Shown one piece after another: positions 21,682-31,030 of a stretch of 64,000 nt of DNA. The position numbers were made by a program, and so were the translations under genes. Position 1 is the stretch's first letter. Every line of letters begins with the position of its first letter. Location: NCBI GenBank assembly GCA_050952625.1, contig JBMNLH010000001.1:864001-928000 (forward strand), read 5' to 3'. A model generated the notes under the pieces. It did not search any database and was not told the DNA's origin. It worked only from the letters and a program-made list of their open reading frames with translations. This stretch comes from Bacillota bacterium (GTDB lineage Bacteria; Bacillota; Ch66; Ch109).

Positions 21682-22530
21682 ATGCTTATTCAGATGACTA
21701 CCGGGGCTAAATCAGTGGCACCAATGTCTTGCACTGTTTTTTTGTCACACATTGTGGTTTGCCTGGAAGGAGATATCGGCAAGGAAGTCTGGTTTCAGAT
21801 AAAAGACCGAGGTCCTTGTCGATTTGGCCGAATTGATTACTGGGTTAACGGCGAAAGACAGTTTGTGGAAGGTCTATGCACTAAAGATGAACAGCCTTAC
21901 CTGCCGGTCAGTATAGAGGAGTGTGATTTGTTTATTTTAGTTGGCCAGACTGAGCAAATTCTAAAATATCGCGAGATAACCAGGGGTTCAAGGGTGATGA
22001 ATCTGATAATAACTCTAGACGAAGGGGATGATTATGTTCACCTTAAAGAAACATGGGGTTCAGAAAAAACTGTTTTTACGGGGATACAAGCCGATCCTCA
22101 ATCTAAAGAAGCGATTGATTGCTTAAGCTTGGTCTTAGACTCGTTGGTAGGGTTATTTAACTATTATGAATATGGATTGGTTCGATTTAGTTTGTATGAT
22201 CTCCGGCATATCTGGTCCGATGGTTCTGATTTAGGGATTGAGTACCATCAACTAAGGCTTAGTCAAATGGCCGGCGAAAGTAAGACGCCCCAACTAATAA
22301 GCCATTCAAGTTCGAGGTTAACCAAAACAGAGCCCGCTCAAGATCTTGATAGTCTTTTAATCGTTGTTCGCGGGCCTGAAGATCTTTCCCCGGAGCTCAT
22401 GGAGGTCGTGGTGCATACAACCCGGGCTGAAAGAGAAGGAATCGAAGGAATACATTGGTATGCAATAGGCTGTTCGACAAAATCCGAATGGGTTGAAGGA
22501 ATTGTTTTCTTATGCCATAAAAAGGGTTAA
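21682..22530 (+). CDS. Hypothetical protein, probable degenerate FtsZ/tubulin fold without GTP-binding motifs
   Basis: 282-aa ORF with SD AAGGGGGT; collinear resemblance to FtsZ by eye (see findings). The confidence value covers the fold call; the CDS itself is more secure. Confidence 0.6.
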   Translation: MLIQMTTGAKSVAPMSCTVFLSHIVVCLEGDIGKEVWFQIKDRGPCRFGRIDYWVNGERQFVEGLCTKDEQPYLPVSIEECDLFILVGQTEQILKYREITRGSRVMNLIITLDEGDDYVHLKETWGSEKTVFTGIQADPQSKEAIDCLSLVLDSLVGLFNYYEYGLVRFSLYDLRHIWSDGSDLGIEYHQLRLSQMAGESKTPQLISHSSSRLTKTEPAQDLDSLLIVVRGPEDLSPELMEVVVHTTRAEREGIEGIHWYAIGCSTKSEWVEGIVFLCHKKG

Positions 22531-22635
22531 GGTTTTTTGTGTTTTGCTGTAGGCCTATTGTTATACGTAAGAAATTAGAATATAATGAATAAAGGAAATA
22601 ATATAATAAGATGCCAACCGAAAGGGGTGGTGGCC

Positions 22636-22890
22636 ATGATTAGAACCTGTAGTACGTGTGCTAGATCAGAGAGTCACCGCTGGTGTTGTATTCGGGAAAG
22701 GTTGAGGCTGGCTGGAAATGATTTATCCAGAGTTTTTTGGGAGAGAATGGAAGAAGTAGAGGCAGGTTTTTTAAGAGACCATGAAGTAGGGGTAAAATTT
22801 GGTGCGGACCTGTTGATTGATTTTCAAGTATATACATGTCCGAGGTGGATTGAACAAGAACAGAAGGAACTGAGTGCTAGTTTAGGTTAG
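22636..22890 (+). CDS. Small Cys-rich hypothetical protein
   Basis: SD AGGGGTGG before ATG 22636; CxxC-x8-CC...C pattern. Confidence 0.65.
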   Translation: MIRTCSTCARSESHRWCCIRERLRLAGNDLSRVFWERMEEVEAGFLRDHEVGVKFGADLLIDFQVYTCPRWIEQEQKELSASLG

Positions 22891-23008
22891 CGTTTTTTTG
22901 TTTTTTACGCAAATAGTGATGAGTGGCAATTGGTGGTTAGAAAAAATAATTCCGGTTAATTCACAAAGTGTCTTCATTCTTGATTGTAGACCTCTAATAG
23001 ATGATCTT

Positions 23009-23110
23009 TATCTGTGTGCAAGGGCCCCTGCTCTTTATGAGCGGGGGTTTAGCTTTTTAATGCCTTAGGCTAATTAGCGTCTTCATCTGAAGCTTTGATG
23101 TTCGGCCAAA
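23009..23110 (+). repeat. Dispersed ~110-bp repeat, copy 3 (degenerate)
   Basis: TATCTGTGTGCAAGGGCCCCTGCTCTTTATGAGCGGGGG...GTCTTCATCTGAAGCTTTGATGTTCGGC is collinear with the other copies. Confidence 0.65.
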
Positions 23111-23176
23111 TTTTATTTTTATCAACAATAGATCATCTGTCAAACAAGGACTGTATTTTGACTGAAGTCGTTTCAG

Positions 23177-23204
23177 CACCTCTCAGGGGTTTTTTTCATA
23201 TAGT
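23177..23204 (+). promoter_or_regulatory. SigK-type promoter of dpaB
   Basis: CACC-N16-CATATAGT. Confidence 0.7.
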
Positions 23205-23253
23205 ACTAGTAGATAACAGGGGAGAACAAACGACCCGAAGAGAGGTGTATTAG

Positions 23254-23871
23254 ATGCGACTTGAGGGCAAGAGAATTGGGTTCGTTGTAACCGGTTCCCA
23301 CTGCACCATAGAAGAGGTACTACCAGAAATCACTCGTCTTATTGAAGAGGGTGCTGAGGTTTATCCGATAGTATCTGATTCAGTGAGTACTACCGATACC
23401 CGTTTTGGCACTGCGGAATACTGGAAAGAATCATTAGAGAAACGCACGGGACATCGGGTTATTAGTTCAATCGTCGAGGCTGAGCCAATTGGCACGCAGA
23501 AACGGTATGATCTAGTCATCATTGCCCCTTGCACCGGCAATACACTGGCTAAATTAGCCAACGGCATAACCGATACGCCAGCCTTGATGGCCGCCAAAGC
23601 TCATCTCAGGAATTTACGCCCGATAGTCCTGGCGATATCAACTAACGATGGTCTGGGGATCAATGCCAAAAATCTCGGCCTAATAATGAATATGAAAAAC
23701 ATTTATCTGGTACCTTTTGGACAGGATAATCCTTGGGAAAAGGCGAATTCTTTAGTAGCCCACCTTGACTTATTAATGGATACAGTAATCGCTGCCTTAG
23801 AGGGCAGGCAACTTCAGCCGGTTCTACTAAGTCCCAGAGCCGCTCGATCTTGTGTTGCTTCAATTGATTAA
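23254..23871 (+). CDS. dpaB: Dipicolinate synthase subunit B (SpoVFB)
   Basis: TGSHCT, TDTRFG, APCTGNTLAK and FGQDNP motifs. Confidence 0.97.
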   Translation: MRLEGKRIGFVVTGSHCTIEEVLPEITRLIEEGAEVYPIVSDSVSTTDTRFGTAEYWKESLEKRTGHRVISSIVEAEPIGTQKRYDLVIIAPCTGNTLAKLANGITDTPALMAAKAHLRNLRPIVLAISTNDGLGINAKNLGLIMNMKNIYLVPFGQDNPWEKANSLVAHLDLLMDTVIAALEGRQLQPVLLSPRAARSCVASID

Positions 23872-24066
23872 ATTTATTTTGGTGTTACTAATTAATTCAA
23901 ATCATCGTATCCAGATAATGAAGCCGAACCGGTAAAGGAAAATAATAACCCGGCTAAACCCTCAAAAGTTTGTTCTTTAAATTTCTTTTCTCATGGTAGT
24001 TGCATTGTGCTAAAATGGTGAAAAATAATCAGGCTAGTCGGGCGGCCTGGACTGCAGGAGGTACTG

Positions 24067-25080
24067 ATGGTGAAGGAGTTAAAAGTAGCAGTAGTTGGAG
24101 CAACTGGAGCTGTTGGGCAAGAGATGTTAAGGGGTTTAGAAGAACGTAATTTTCCGATTACTAAATTGAAAGCATTGGCTGCTCCTGAAGAAGCAGGGAC
24201 CCTGGTTCGTTTTCGGGGTGAGGATCACGTGGTTGAAGCGGCAGCCCCAGAATCATTTGAGGGTTGCCAGATCGCTTTATTTGCCGCTGGAGAGGTTGTG
24301 CGGTGGCTCGGACCAGAGGCAGTTAAACGAGGAGCGGTAGTGGTCGATAACAGCAATACCTTTCGCATGGATCCCACGGTACCGTTGATCGTCCCGGAGG
24401 TAAATCCGGAAGATGTTCGTAATCACCAGGGAATTATCGCTAATCCTAATTGTTCAACGATTATTATGGTGGTCGCCCTTAAACCTTTACATGATGCAGC
24501 TCGTATCAAACGGGTAGTCGTATCTACCTATCAGGCGGTATCCGGGGCCGGGGTAGCCGGGTTAAAAGAACTGGATGTTCAGACCAGGCAGTTGTTGGCT
24601 GAGGAAAAAATAAAACCTGAGGTTTTTCAACACCAGATCGGTTTTAATTTAATACCCCATATTGATGTTTTTGAGGAAAACGGGTATACCAAGGAAGAGT
24701 TAAAGATGCTTTATGAAACCCGTAAAATCATGCATGAACCAGAAATGAAAGTAAGTGCCACGGCTGTACGAGTACCCGTTTTCCGCAGTCACTCAGAGTC
24801 AATTAATATTGAAACCGAGAAAAAACTGACCGCAGCGGAAGCTCGTCAGATTTTAAGCCGTGCCCCTGGGATTATTGTGCAGGATGATCCGGGTCAAAAT
24901 AAATACCCAATGCCGGTTTTTACCGCCCATACAGATGAGGTCTTTGTCGGGCGGATTCGGGAAGACTTGTCAATCGAGAATGGACTGAACTTTTGGGTAG
25001 CAGCAGACCAAATCCGTAAAGGAGCAGCTATTAACACCATTCAAATTGCGGAAATTTTAGTTAGAGAGAATCTGGTCTAA
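24067..25080 (+). CDS. asd: Aspartate-semialdehyde dehydrogenase
   Basis: GATGAVG, ANPNCST and STYQAVSGAG motifs. Confidence 0.98.
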   Translation: MVKELKVAVVGATGAVGQEMLRGLEERNFPITKLKALAAPEEAGTLVRFRGEDHVVEAAAPESFEGCQIALFAAGEVVRWLGPEAVKRGAVVVDNSNTFRMDPTVPLIVPEVNPEDVRNHQGIIANPNCSTIIMVVALKPLHDAARIKRVVVSTYQAVSGAGVAGLKELDVQTRQLLAEEKIKPEVFQHQIGFNLIPHIDVFEENGYTKEELKMLYETRKIMHEPEMKVSATAVRVPVFRSHSESINIETEKKLTAAEARQILSRAPGIIVQDDPGQNKYPMPVFTAHTDEVFVGRIREDLSIENGLNFWVAADQIRKGAAINTIQIAEILVRENLV

Positions 25081-25158
25081 TAATTAAATCTGAATACGCG
25101 ATAATCTTTGGCATTGGGCAGATTGCAGGTTCGTGAAATTTAATAGGAGCTGGTTTTT

Positions 25159-26379
25159 GTGCGAATTATCGTTCAGAAGTTTGGTGGCTCCTCGATGGCT
25201 TCGGTTGCCCAAAGGCAGAGAGTGTGTCAACGAATCAGTGAAGCGATTCAAGCCGGTTACTCTGTCGTCGTGGTTGTTTCCGCGATGGGACGGTCCGGTG
25301 ATCCCTATGCCACTGATACCCTGATTAATTTAATTCGCGAAGTATTTTCAGACTGCCCAAAGCGGGAACTGGATCTACTGATGTCGTGTGGAGAGATAAT
25401 TTCCTGTACAATCTTAGCCGCTAACTTGATGCAATTAGGGTATGATGTGGTAGCCCTTACTGGACGGGATGCCGGGATTATCACTGATAGCAACTTCGGT
25501 GACGCCCGGATCATTCGAATTATTCCAACCATTATCTTAGAGCATTTGAAAAAGAATAAAGTTGTTGTAGTGGCTGGTTTTCAGGGAGTATCTGAAGATG
25601 GTGACATTACCACCTTGGGACGAGGCGGAAGCGATACCTCTGCCTGTGCCTTAGGGGTCGCCCTGGGGGCTGAGGTAATTGATATCTTTACTGATGTCGA
25701 GGGGATTATGACCGCTGATCCTCGAATTGTAGAAAATGCACGTCTTTTGGAAATGGTAACCTATAATGAAATCTGCCATCTAGCTCAGCAGGGGGCTAAG
25801 GTTATTCACCCACGCGCGGTCGAGATCGCCATGCAAAAAAATATTCCGGTTCGAGTCCGCTCAACCTTTTCGGATAGTTTGGGAACCTTAGTCAGTAGTT
25901 TAAGTAAAAGGATGGAACTAGGAACGGATATTCGGAGTGATCAATTAATTACTGGCGTAACTCAGATTCCGAACGTTACCCAACTGAGCATAACCCTGGA
26001 TCAAGCGAACCCGTTAGAGGCTTCAGCAAGAATATTTGGTTGCTTAGCTCAGGCGGGCATTAGTGTCGATTTTATTAATGTTCACCCAGACGTAGTAATT
26101 TTTACGGTGGCTGAGGAAGTAGCGGAAAAAGCCGTTTGGATTCTGCGGCAGCATAATTTTGAACCCCGGATACGTTCTAGTTGTGCTAAAGTATCGGTTG
26201 TGGGGGCTGGGATGGCCGGGATGCCCGGGGTTATGGCCTCAATTGTTGAGGCACTTGCTCAGGAAGATATTCCTATTTTGCAGTCGGCTGATTCTCATAC
26301 GACCATTTGGTGTCTGGTTGAACGTCAATACATGGAAAAAGCAGTCCGGGCTCTCCACCGAGCTTTTCAGTTGGGTTGA
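25159..26379 (+). CDS. dapG: Aspartate kinase I
   Basis: VQKFGGSS, TLGRGGSDT, ILQSADSHTTIW; synteny asd-dapG-dapA. Confidence 0.96.
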   Translation: MRIIVQKFGGSSMASVAQRQRVCQRISEAIQAGYSVVVVVSAMGRSGDPYATDTLINLIREVFSDCPKRELDLLMSCGEIISCTILAANLMQLGYDVVALTGRDAGIITDSNFGDARIIRIIPTIILEHLKKNKVVVVAGFQGVSEDGDITTLGRGGSDTSACALGVALGAEVIDIFTDVEGIMTADPRIVENARLLEMVTYNEICHLAQQGAKVIHPRAVEIAMQKNIPVRVRSTFSDSLGTLVSSLSKRMELGTDIRSDQLITGVTQIPNVTQLSITLDQANPLEASARIFGCLAQAGISVDFINVHPDVVIFTVAEEVAEKAVWILRQHNFEPRIRSSCAKVSVVGAGMAGMPGVMASIVEALAQEDIPILQSADSHTTIWCLVERQYMEKAVRALHRAFQLG

Positions 26380-26429
26380 GTTAAGGATGAATTAAAAAAC
26401 AATAAGTATGATGGGGTGGTGAAAAACAA

Positions 26430-27311
26430 ATGAAGGATTTTGGCAGGGTATTGACCGCGATGGTGACCCCCTTTGACGATGAAGGTAAGGTTGATCTCGC
26501 TAGAGCTAAAACCTTGGCCAAGCACCTGGTGAAGAACGGCTCTGATGGTTTGGTGGTCACCGGGACGACTGGGGAATCGCCGACCCTTACCCACGAAGAA
26601 AAACTTCAAATGTATACCGCAGTCAAGGAGGCTGTAGGGGGAAAAGCCTCAGTGATTGCTGGTACCGGATCAAACAACACAGCATCAACGCTAGATCTGA
26701 CGAGAGAAGCCGAAAAACTAGGCGTAGACGGAGTAATGCTGGTTGCCCCTTATTATAATAAGCCGTCTCAAGAGGGAATGTACCAACACTTTCGGACGGT
26801 CGCTGAAAAAACAAATCTGCCGGTCATTCTATATAACGTGCCCGGGCGGACTTCTTCTAATTTATTGCCGCCAACTGTTGCTCGACTGGCCCAGATAGAT
26901 AACGTGGTCGCCGTTAAAGAGGCTTCGGGCAGTCTCGACCAAGTTTCTGAACTTATGAGCCAAATACCTAACGATTTTATCGTTTATAGTGGCGATGATT
27001 CTTTAACCTTGCCGATGCTGGCTTTGGGAGCCTACGGGATTATTAGCGTCGTTTCGCATGTAGCTGGTCGCGAAATCCAAGAAATGGTTCGGGCCTATGT
27101 CAGTGGGGATACCCAAAAGGCTAGGACCATGCATTTAATGCTTTTCCCCTTATTTAAAACAATGTTTATTACCACTAATCCTGTACCAGTCAAAGCAGCC
27201 CTAAACCTGCAAGGGCATCAGGTTGGTCGGCCGCGTCTGCCCCTGACTGAAGCCACAGCCGCAGAAATCGAGACCATTAGCAATGCCTTAAGGAGATTTG
27301 GGTTGCTATAG
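26430..27311 (+). CDS. dapA: 4-hydroxy-tetrahydrodipicolinate synthase
   Basis: GTTGES, YNVPGRT, KEASG and SGDD motifs. Confidence 0.98.
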   Translation: MKDFGRVLTAMVTPFDDEGKVDLARAKTLAKHLVKNGSDGLVVTGTTGESPTLTHEEKLQMYTAVKEAVGGKASVIAGTGSNNTASTLDLTREAEKLGVDGVMLVAPYYNKPSQEGMYQHFRTVAEKTNLPVILYNVPGRTSSNLLPPTVARLAQIDNVVAVKEASGSLDQVSELMSQIPNDFIVYSGDDSLTLPMLALGAYGIISVVSHVAGREIQEMVRAYVSGDTQKARTMHLMLFPLFKTMFITTNPVPVKAALNLQGHQVGRPRLPLTEATAAEIETISNALRRFGLL

Positions 27312-27403
27312 TTGCCGGAGAAGAATTATACTAAGCCAGTTCATTTAAAAACAAGCCGTCCGGCCGAGCCCGCAATTAACAATTGGGGGCCCAGACTGTC
27401 GAC

Positions 27404-27448
27404 AAACACCGTTTTCAAGCCGCAAGGCAGGAAAGCGGTGTTTCTTTT
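27404..27448 (+). terminator. Intrinsic terminator after dapA
   Basis: AAACACCGTTTTC...GCC-GCAA-GGC...GAAAGCGGTGTTT followed by CTTTT. Confidence 0.7.
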
Positions 27449-27478
27449 AAATCAATGATTTATGAATAGATGAATGAC

Positions 27479-27507
27479 TTGCATCTTGTTTTTTGGGAGG
27501 TTATAAT
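27479..27507 (+). promoter_or_regulatory. SigA promoter of rnj
   Basis: TTGCAT-N17-TATAAT. Confidence 0.75.
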
Positions 27508-27513
27508 TATTTT

Positions 27514-27774
27514 TGAGTAGGTTGTTCGGTGTACCCTGATCGAGCATCCCGGAATCTCCGGGATTATTTATTTGGACGGAAATGCTTAAGACTAATTCTG
27601 TTTTGAAATATTGAGTTAACTCTGCTAGGGAACAGCATCGGAGATTACTACTTGAGCTTCAGCAGAGACTCAAAAGTGTCAAACCGGATTGGCTGGTAGA
27701 GAGGGGAGTCAACAATCAAAGTATATGGTTTCGTTTAAGATGGACGGGAAGCGAAGCCAGCAGGAGGTGGACTT
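27514..27774 (+). ncRNA. Long structured 5' leader of rnj (candidate cis-regulatory RNA)
   Basis: Four or five consecutive stem-loops between the promoter and the SD (see findings). Confidence 0.5.
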
Positions 27775-29436
27775 TTGGCGACCAGTGAAAAACTAAATAT
27801 TATCCCGCTTGGAGGCCTTGGAGAGATCGGGAAAAATATGACTGTTATTAGGTACGGGCAGGATATTGTTGTGGTTGACTGTGGATTGAAATTTCCTGAA
27901 GATGAACTTTTGGGTATAGATGTGGTAATACCCGACGTTCAGTATCTCAAGGAAAACCGGGAACATGTGCGGGCAATTGTCCTAACTCATGGACATGAGG
28001 ATCATATCGGAGCGTTGCCTTATGTTCTCAGGGACTTATCCGTACCGGTATATGGTACGCAGTTGACTATTGGCATCCTGAAGCAGAAACTGCTTGAACA
28101 TGATCTTCCAGAAGTCGATCTTCGGGTCATTAAACCCCGCGATCTGGTAAGGCTAGGGTGTTTTAAAGTAGAGTTTTTCCGGGTCAGTCACAGCATTGCC
28201 GATGCCGTAGGGATTGCGGTGCACACCCCGATCGGAGTAGTTGTCCACACGGGTGATTTTAAGATGGACCAAACGCCGATTGACGGAGTGGTGATGGATT
28301 ATCATAAACTGGCCGAATTGGGGAATCAGGGTGTACTGGTTCTATTATCCGATAGTACAAACGCGGAGAAGCCTGGCTATACTAAATCCGAACGAGTTGT
28401 CGGAGAATCCTTTGAAGAGACTTTTCGGAATGCCTCGGGACGGATTATTGTAGCTACTTTTGCCTCCAATGTCCATCGATTGCAGCAAGCGATTACGATG
28501 GCGGAAAAGTATGGCCGTCGGGTAGCAGTCATAGGTCGGAGTATGGAAAACGTAGTCAGGATCGCTCATGAATTAGGATATTTACGCTTACCAGAGGGGA
28601 TTTTGATCGAAATGGGTGAGATTAATCGGATTGCTCCGGAACGCCTAGTTGTTTTAACTACTGGCAGTCAGGGAGAGCCGATGTCAGCTCTCACCCGGAT
28701 GGCCATGGCTGATCACCGTTGGGTGGAGATTGTCCCCGGTGATACAGTGGTTATTTCGGCTATCCCTATTCCCGGTAATGAGAAGTTAGTCGCCCGTACG
28801 ATCGACCTGTTGTTTAAAGAGGGAGCCGAGGTGATTTATGAGGCGGCAGCCGGGATGCATGTCTCCGGTCACGCCAATCAGGAAGAACTGAAATTGATGA
28901 TTAACCTGACCCGTCCCAGGTTTTTTGTACCAGTTCATGGAGAATATCGGCATCTAAAAAAACACGCTCAATTAGCTCAATGCGTCGGCATTCCGGCAGA
29001 AAATATTTTTGTCGCGGATAACGGACAGATTCTGGAGTTTACCCGGGACAAAGGTTATAAGAATGGACGAGTAGCGGCCGGTCGCGTTTTGGTTGATGGC
29101 TTGGGTGTGGGAGATGTCGGCAATATTGTCCTGCGTGACCGTAAACAGTTATCTGAGGAAGGAATCATGATTATCGTGGTTACTATCAGTAAGGAGTCAG
29201 GTATGGTTATGGCTGGGCCGGACATTGTGTCCCGTGGTTTCGTTTATGTTCGTGAATCAGAGGCTCTAATGGAAGAGGCCCGGGAACGGGTGCGTCAAGC
29301 CTTAGAAAAGTGTGAAATGCGTCAAGTAACGGAATGGGCGACCATCAAATCAAACATTCGGGAGGTATTAGGGAAATTTCTCTACGAGCGTACCCGAAGG
29401 CGTCCAATGATTTTACCGATTGTGATGGAGGTTTAG
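27775..29436 (+). CDS. rnj: Ribonuclease J
   Basis: GGLGEIGKNM, THGHEDHIG, HVSGH and RRPMILP motifs. Confidence 0.98.
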   Translation: MATSEKLNIIPLGGLGEIGKNMTVIRYGQDIVVVDCGLKFPEDELLGIDVVIPDVQYLKENREHVRAIVLTHGHEDHIGALPYVLRDLSVPVYGTQLTIGILKQKLLEHDLPEVDLRVIKPRDLVRLGCFKVEFFRVSHSIADAVGIAVHTPIGVVVHTGDFKMDQTPIDGVVMDYHKLAELGNQGVLVLLSDSTNAEKPGYTKSERVVGESFEETFRNASGRIIVATFASNVHRLQQAITMAEKYGRRVAVIGRSMENVVRIAHELGYLRLPEGILIEMGEINRIAPERLVVLTTGSQGEPMSALTRMAMADHRWVEIVPGDTVVISAIPIPGNEKLVARTIDLLFKEGAEVIYEAAAGMHVSGHANQEELKLMINLTRPRFFVPVHGEYRHLKKHAQLAQCVGIPAENIFVADNGQILEFTRDKGYKNGRVAAGRVLVDGLGVGDVGNIVLRDRKQLSEEGIMIIVVTISKESGMVMAGPDIVSRGFVYVRESEALMEEARERVRQALEKCEMRQVTEWATIKSNIREVLGKFLYERTRRRPMILPIVMEV

Positions 29437-29551
29437 GCATTAGAGGCCTAGCTTTGCTAAACATGCTGTCTTGGAGTGTCCAATACTAATGTTAATTGAA
29501 ATTCCATGTATAGGGCTTATAGGGCGATGTTGTAAAGGTTGAGTTTCTGAT

Positions 29552-29586
29552 ACGACCGGGGATTAGATATCCTCGGTCGTTTTTTA
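29552..29586 (+). terminator. Intrinsic terminator downstream of rnj
   Basis: ACGACCGGGGAT...ATCCTCGGTCGT followed by TTTTT. Confidence 0.75.
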
Positions 29587-29794
29587 CAGAGTACCGGATG
29601 TTTCTTGCCCCAACTTCTTTGAATTCCTCAAAATTGTATTCAATTTTTTCCAGAGTTAGAGCTAATAAACCTTCATTAGAACAGCAATCAGCATTTTTTG
29701 GTCCTTGTAGACTACAAATTTGGGTTTTAGTATTTTTCTTTTTTCTCGGGCAAATAATAACCAAAACATAACGAATGTAGTCAGGAGAAGAGTA

Positions 29795-30562
29795 ATGGAA
29801 GAACTAAAGCGGCAAGAATCACCTTTGGTTGAGGATGAGGGGGATAAACAACCAGCCCAGGCCCCAAAGGAGCGGAAGAAGCAGGTTGGCAAGAAGTTAG
29901 AAACTATTCGGGAACTAGGTCAAACCGAGATTCCAGAGATGAAGGGAAGTATCCACTGTTTGACCATTGTAGGACAGGTGGAAGGACATATCATTATGCC
30001 ACCGCAAAATAAAACTACTAAGTATGAACACGTGATTCCACAGTTGGTGGCGGTGGAACAAAATCCAGAAATTGAAGGGATGCTGGTCATCCTGAATACG
30101 GTCGGAGGAGATGTTGAAGGAGGGTTGGCGATTGCGGAAATGATAGTCAGTATGTCTAAACCCACAGTCTCCTTAGTTCTGGGCGGGGGACATTCGATCG
30201 GCGTGCCGATCGCTGTTGCCTCAGATTATTCTTTTATTGCCGAGACCGCCACCATGACTGTACATCCTATTCGTCTTACTGGTCTGGTAATCGGGGTACC
30301 CCAAACATATGAGTATCTGGATAAAATGCAGGATAGGGTGGTTCGCTTCGTAACTCGGCATTCAGGTGTTACAGATAAGAAATATCGAGAATTGATGTTT
30401 CGGACGGGCGAACTGGCTCGAGATATTGGTACGGTCCTGGTGGGTCGGGATGCAGTTGAATGCGGTTTGATTAATGAAGTTGGCGGATTGGGTCAAGCGG
30501 TGCAAAAACTAAAGGAATTGATTCATATTCAAAAAGAATCAAGGAGGGCACCTATTCAATGA
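29795..30562 (+). CDS. tepA: ClpP-like protein TepA
   Basis: [22 protein letters not shown] and GGGHSIGVP; SD AGGAG before ATG 29795. Confidence 0.93.
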   Translation: MEELKRQESPLVEDEGDKQPAQAPKERKKQVGKKLETIRELGQTEIPEMKGSIHCLTIVGQVEGHIIMPPQNKTTKYEHVIPQLVAVEQNPEIEGMLVILNTVGGDVEGGLAIAEMIVSMSKPTVSLVLGGGHSIGVPIAVASDYSFIAETATMTVHPIRLTGLVIGVPQTYEYLDKMQDRVVRFVTRHSGVTDKKYRELMFRTGELARDIGTVLVGRDAVECGLINEVGGLGQAVQKLKELIHIQKESRRAPIQ

Positions 30563-30801
30563 TCCATTACACACCATTGGATCCGCGGATCATCTGGACT
30601 GTTCCAGATGAAGCCGCCCCTATTATGGAGGAGCGAGTTTTAAATGGAGTGAGAGTCCTTTTACGCCAGGAAGAAGGACAGTTATGGAGTGTTGTCAAGG
30701 TTATCAGTACCAATCCTGACGATTTTCTCAGGCCAGAGCTACAGCCAGGACACGCTGTTCAATATACAATTTGTGCCCAATCTGATTCAGCGACTGAATG
30801 A
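30559..30801 (+). CDS. ylzJ: YlzJ-like protein
   Basis: MIHYTPL...ISTNPDDFL...QPG; overlaps the tepA stop codon. Confidence 0.85.
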   Translation: MIHYTPLDPRIIWTVPDEAAPIMEERVLNGVRVLLRQEEGQLWSVVKVISTNPDDFLRPELQPGHAVQYTICAQSDSATE

Positions 30802-30876
30802 ACTTGTTAAGTTTCGCCGTATTTACAAACCTTAAATTACGATAATTATAATTACGGATTGTCTATTTAAATATTG

Positions 30877-30906
30877 AAACGGCCGGTTGGCATAACGGCC
30901 GTTTTT
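30877..30906 (+). terminator. Intrinsic terminator
   Basis: AAACGGCCG-N10-CGGCCGTTTTT. Confidence 0.7.
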
Positions 30907-31030
30907 GCTTTATTATTCTATAGGTCCCGTTTTACTGAAATCAAGCCTGTTGGAGAGGCATGGTCTTTATGGTATAATATACATTGATTTTTCATACCAT
31001 TAATTGGAATATAAAGGGAGGAAAAAAGAA

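Noticed and set aside
23872-24066. Lysine riboswitch upstream of asd-dapG-dapA
   Set aside because: No L-box motifs; a TTGCAT/TGCTAAAAT promoter-like region lies only about 50 nt before asd.
29492-29764. 90-aa minus-strand ORF, or an sRNA between rnj and tepA
   Set aside because: The ORF has no SD and overlaps the rnj terminator and tepA promoter region; the CAATACTA -10-like element lacks a properly spaced -35.
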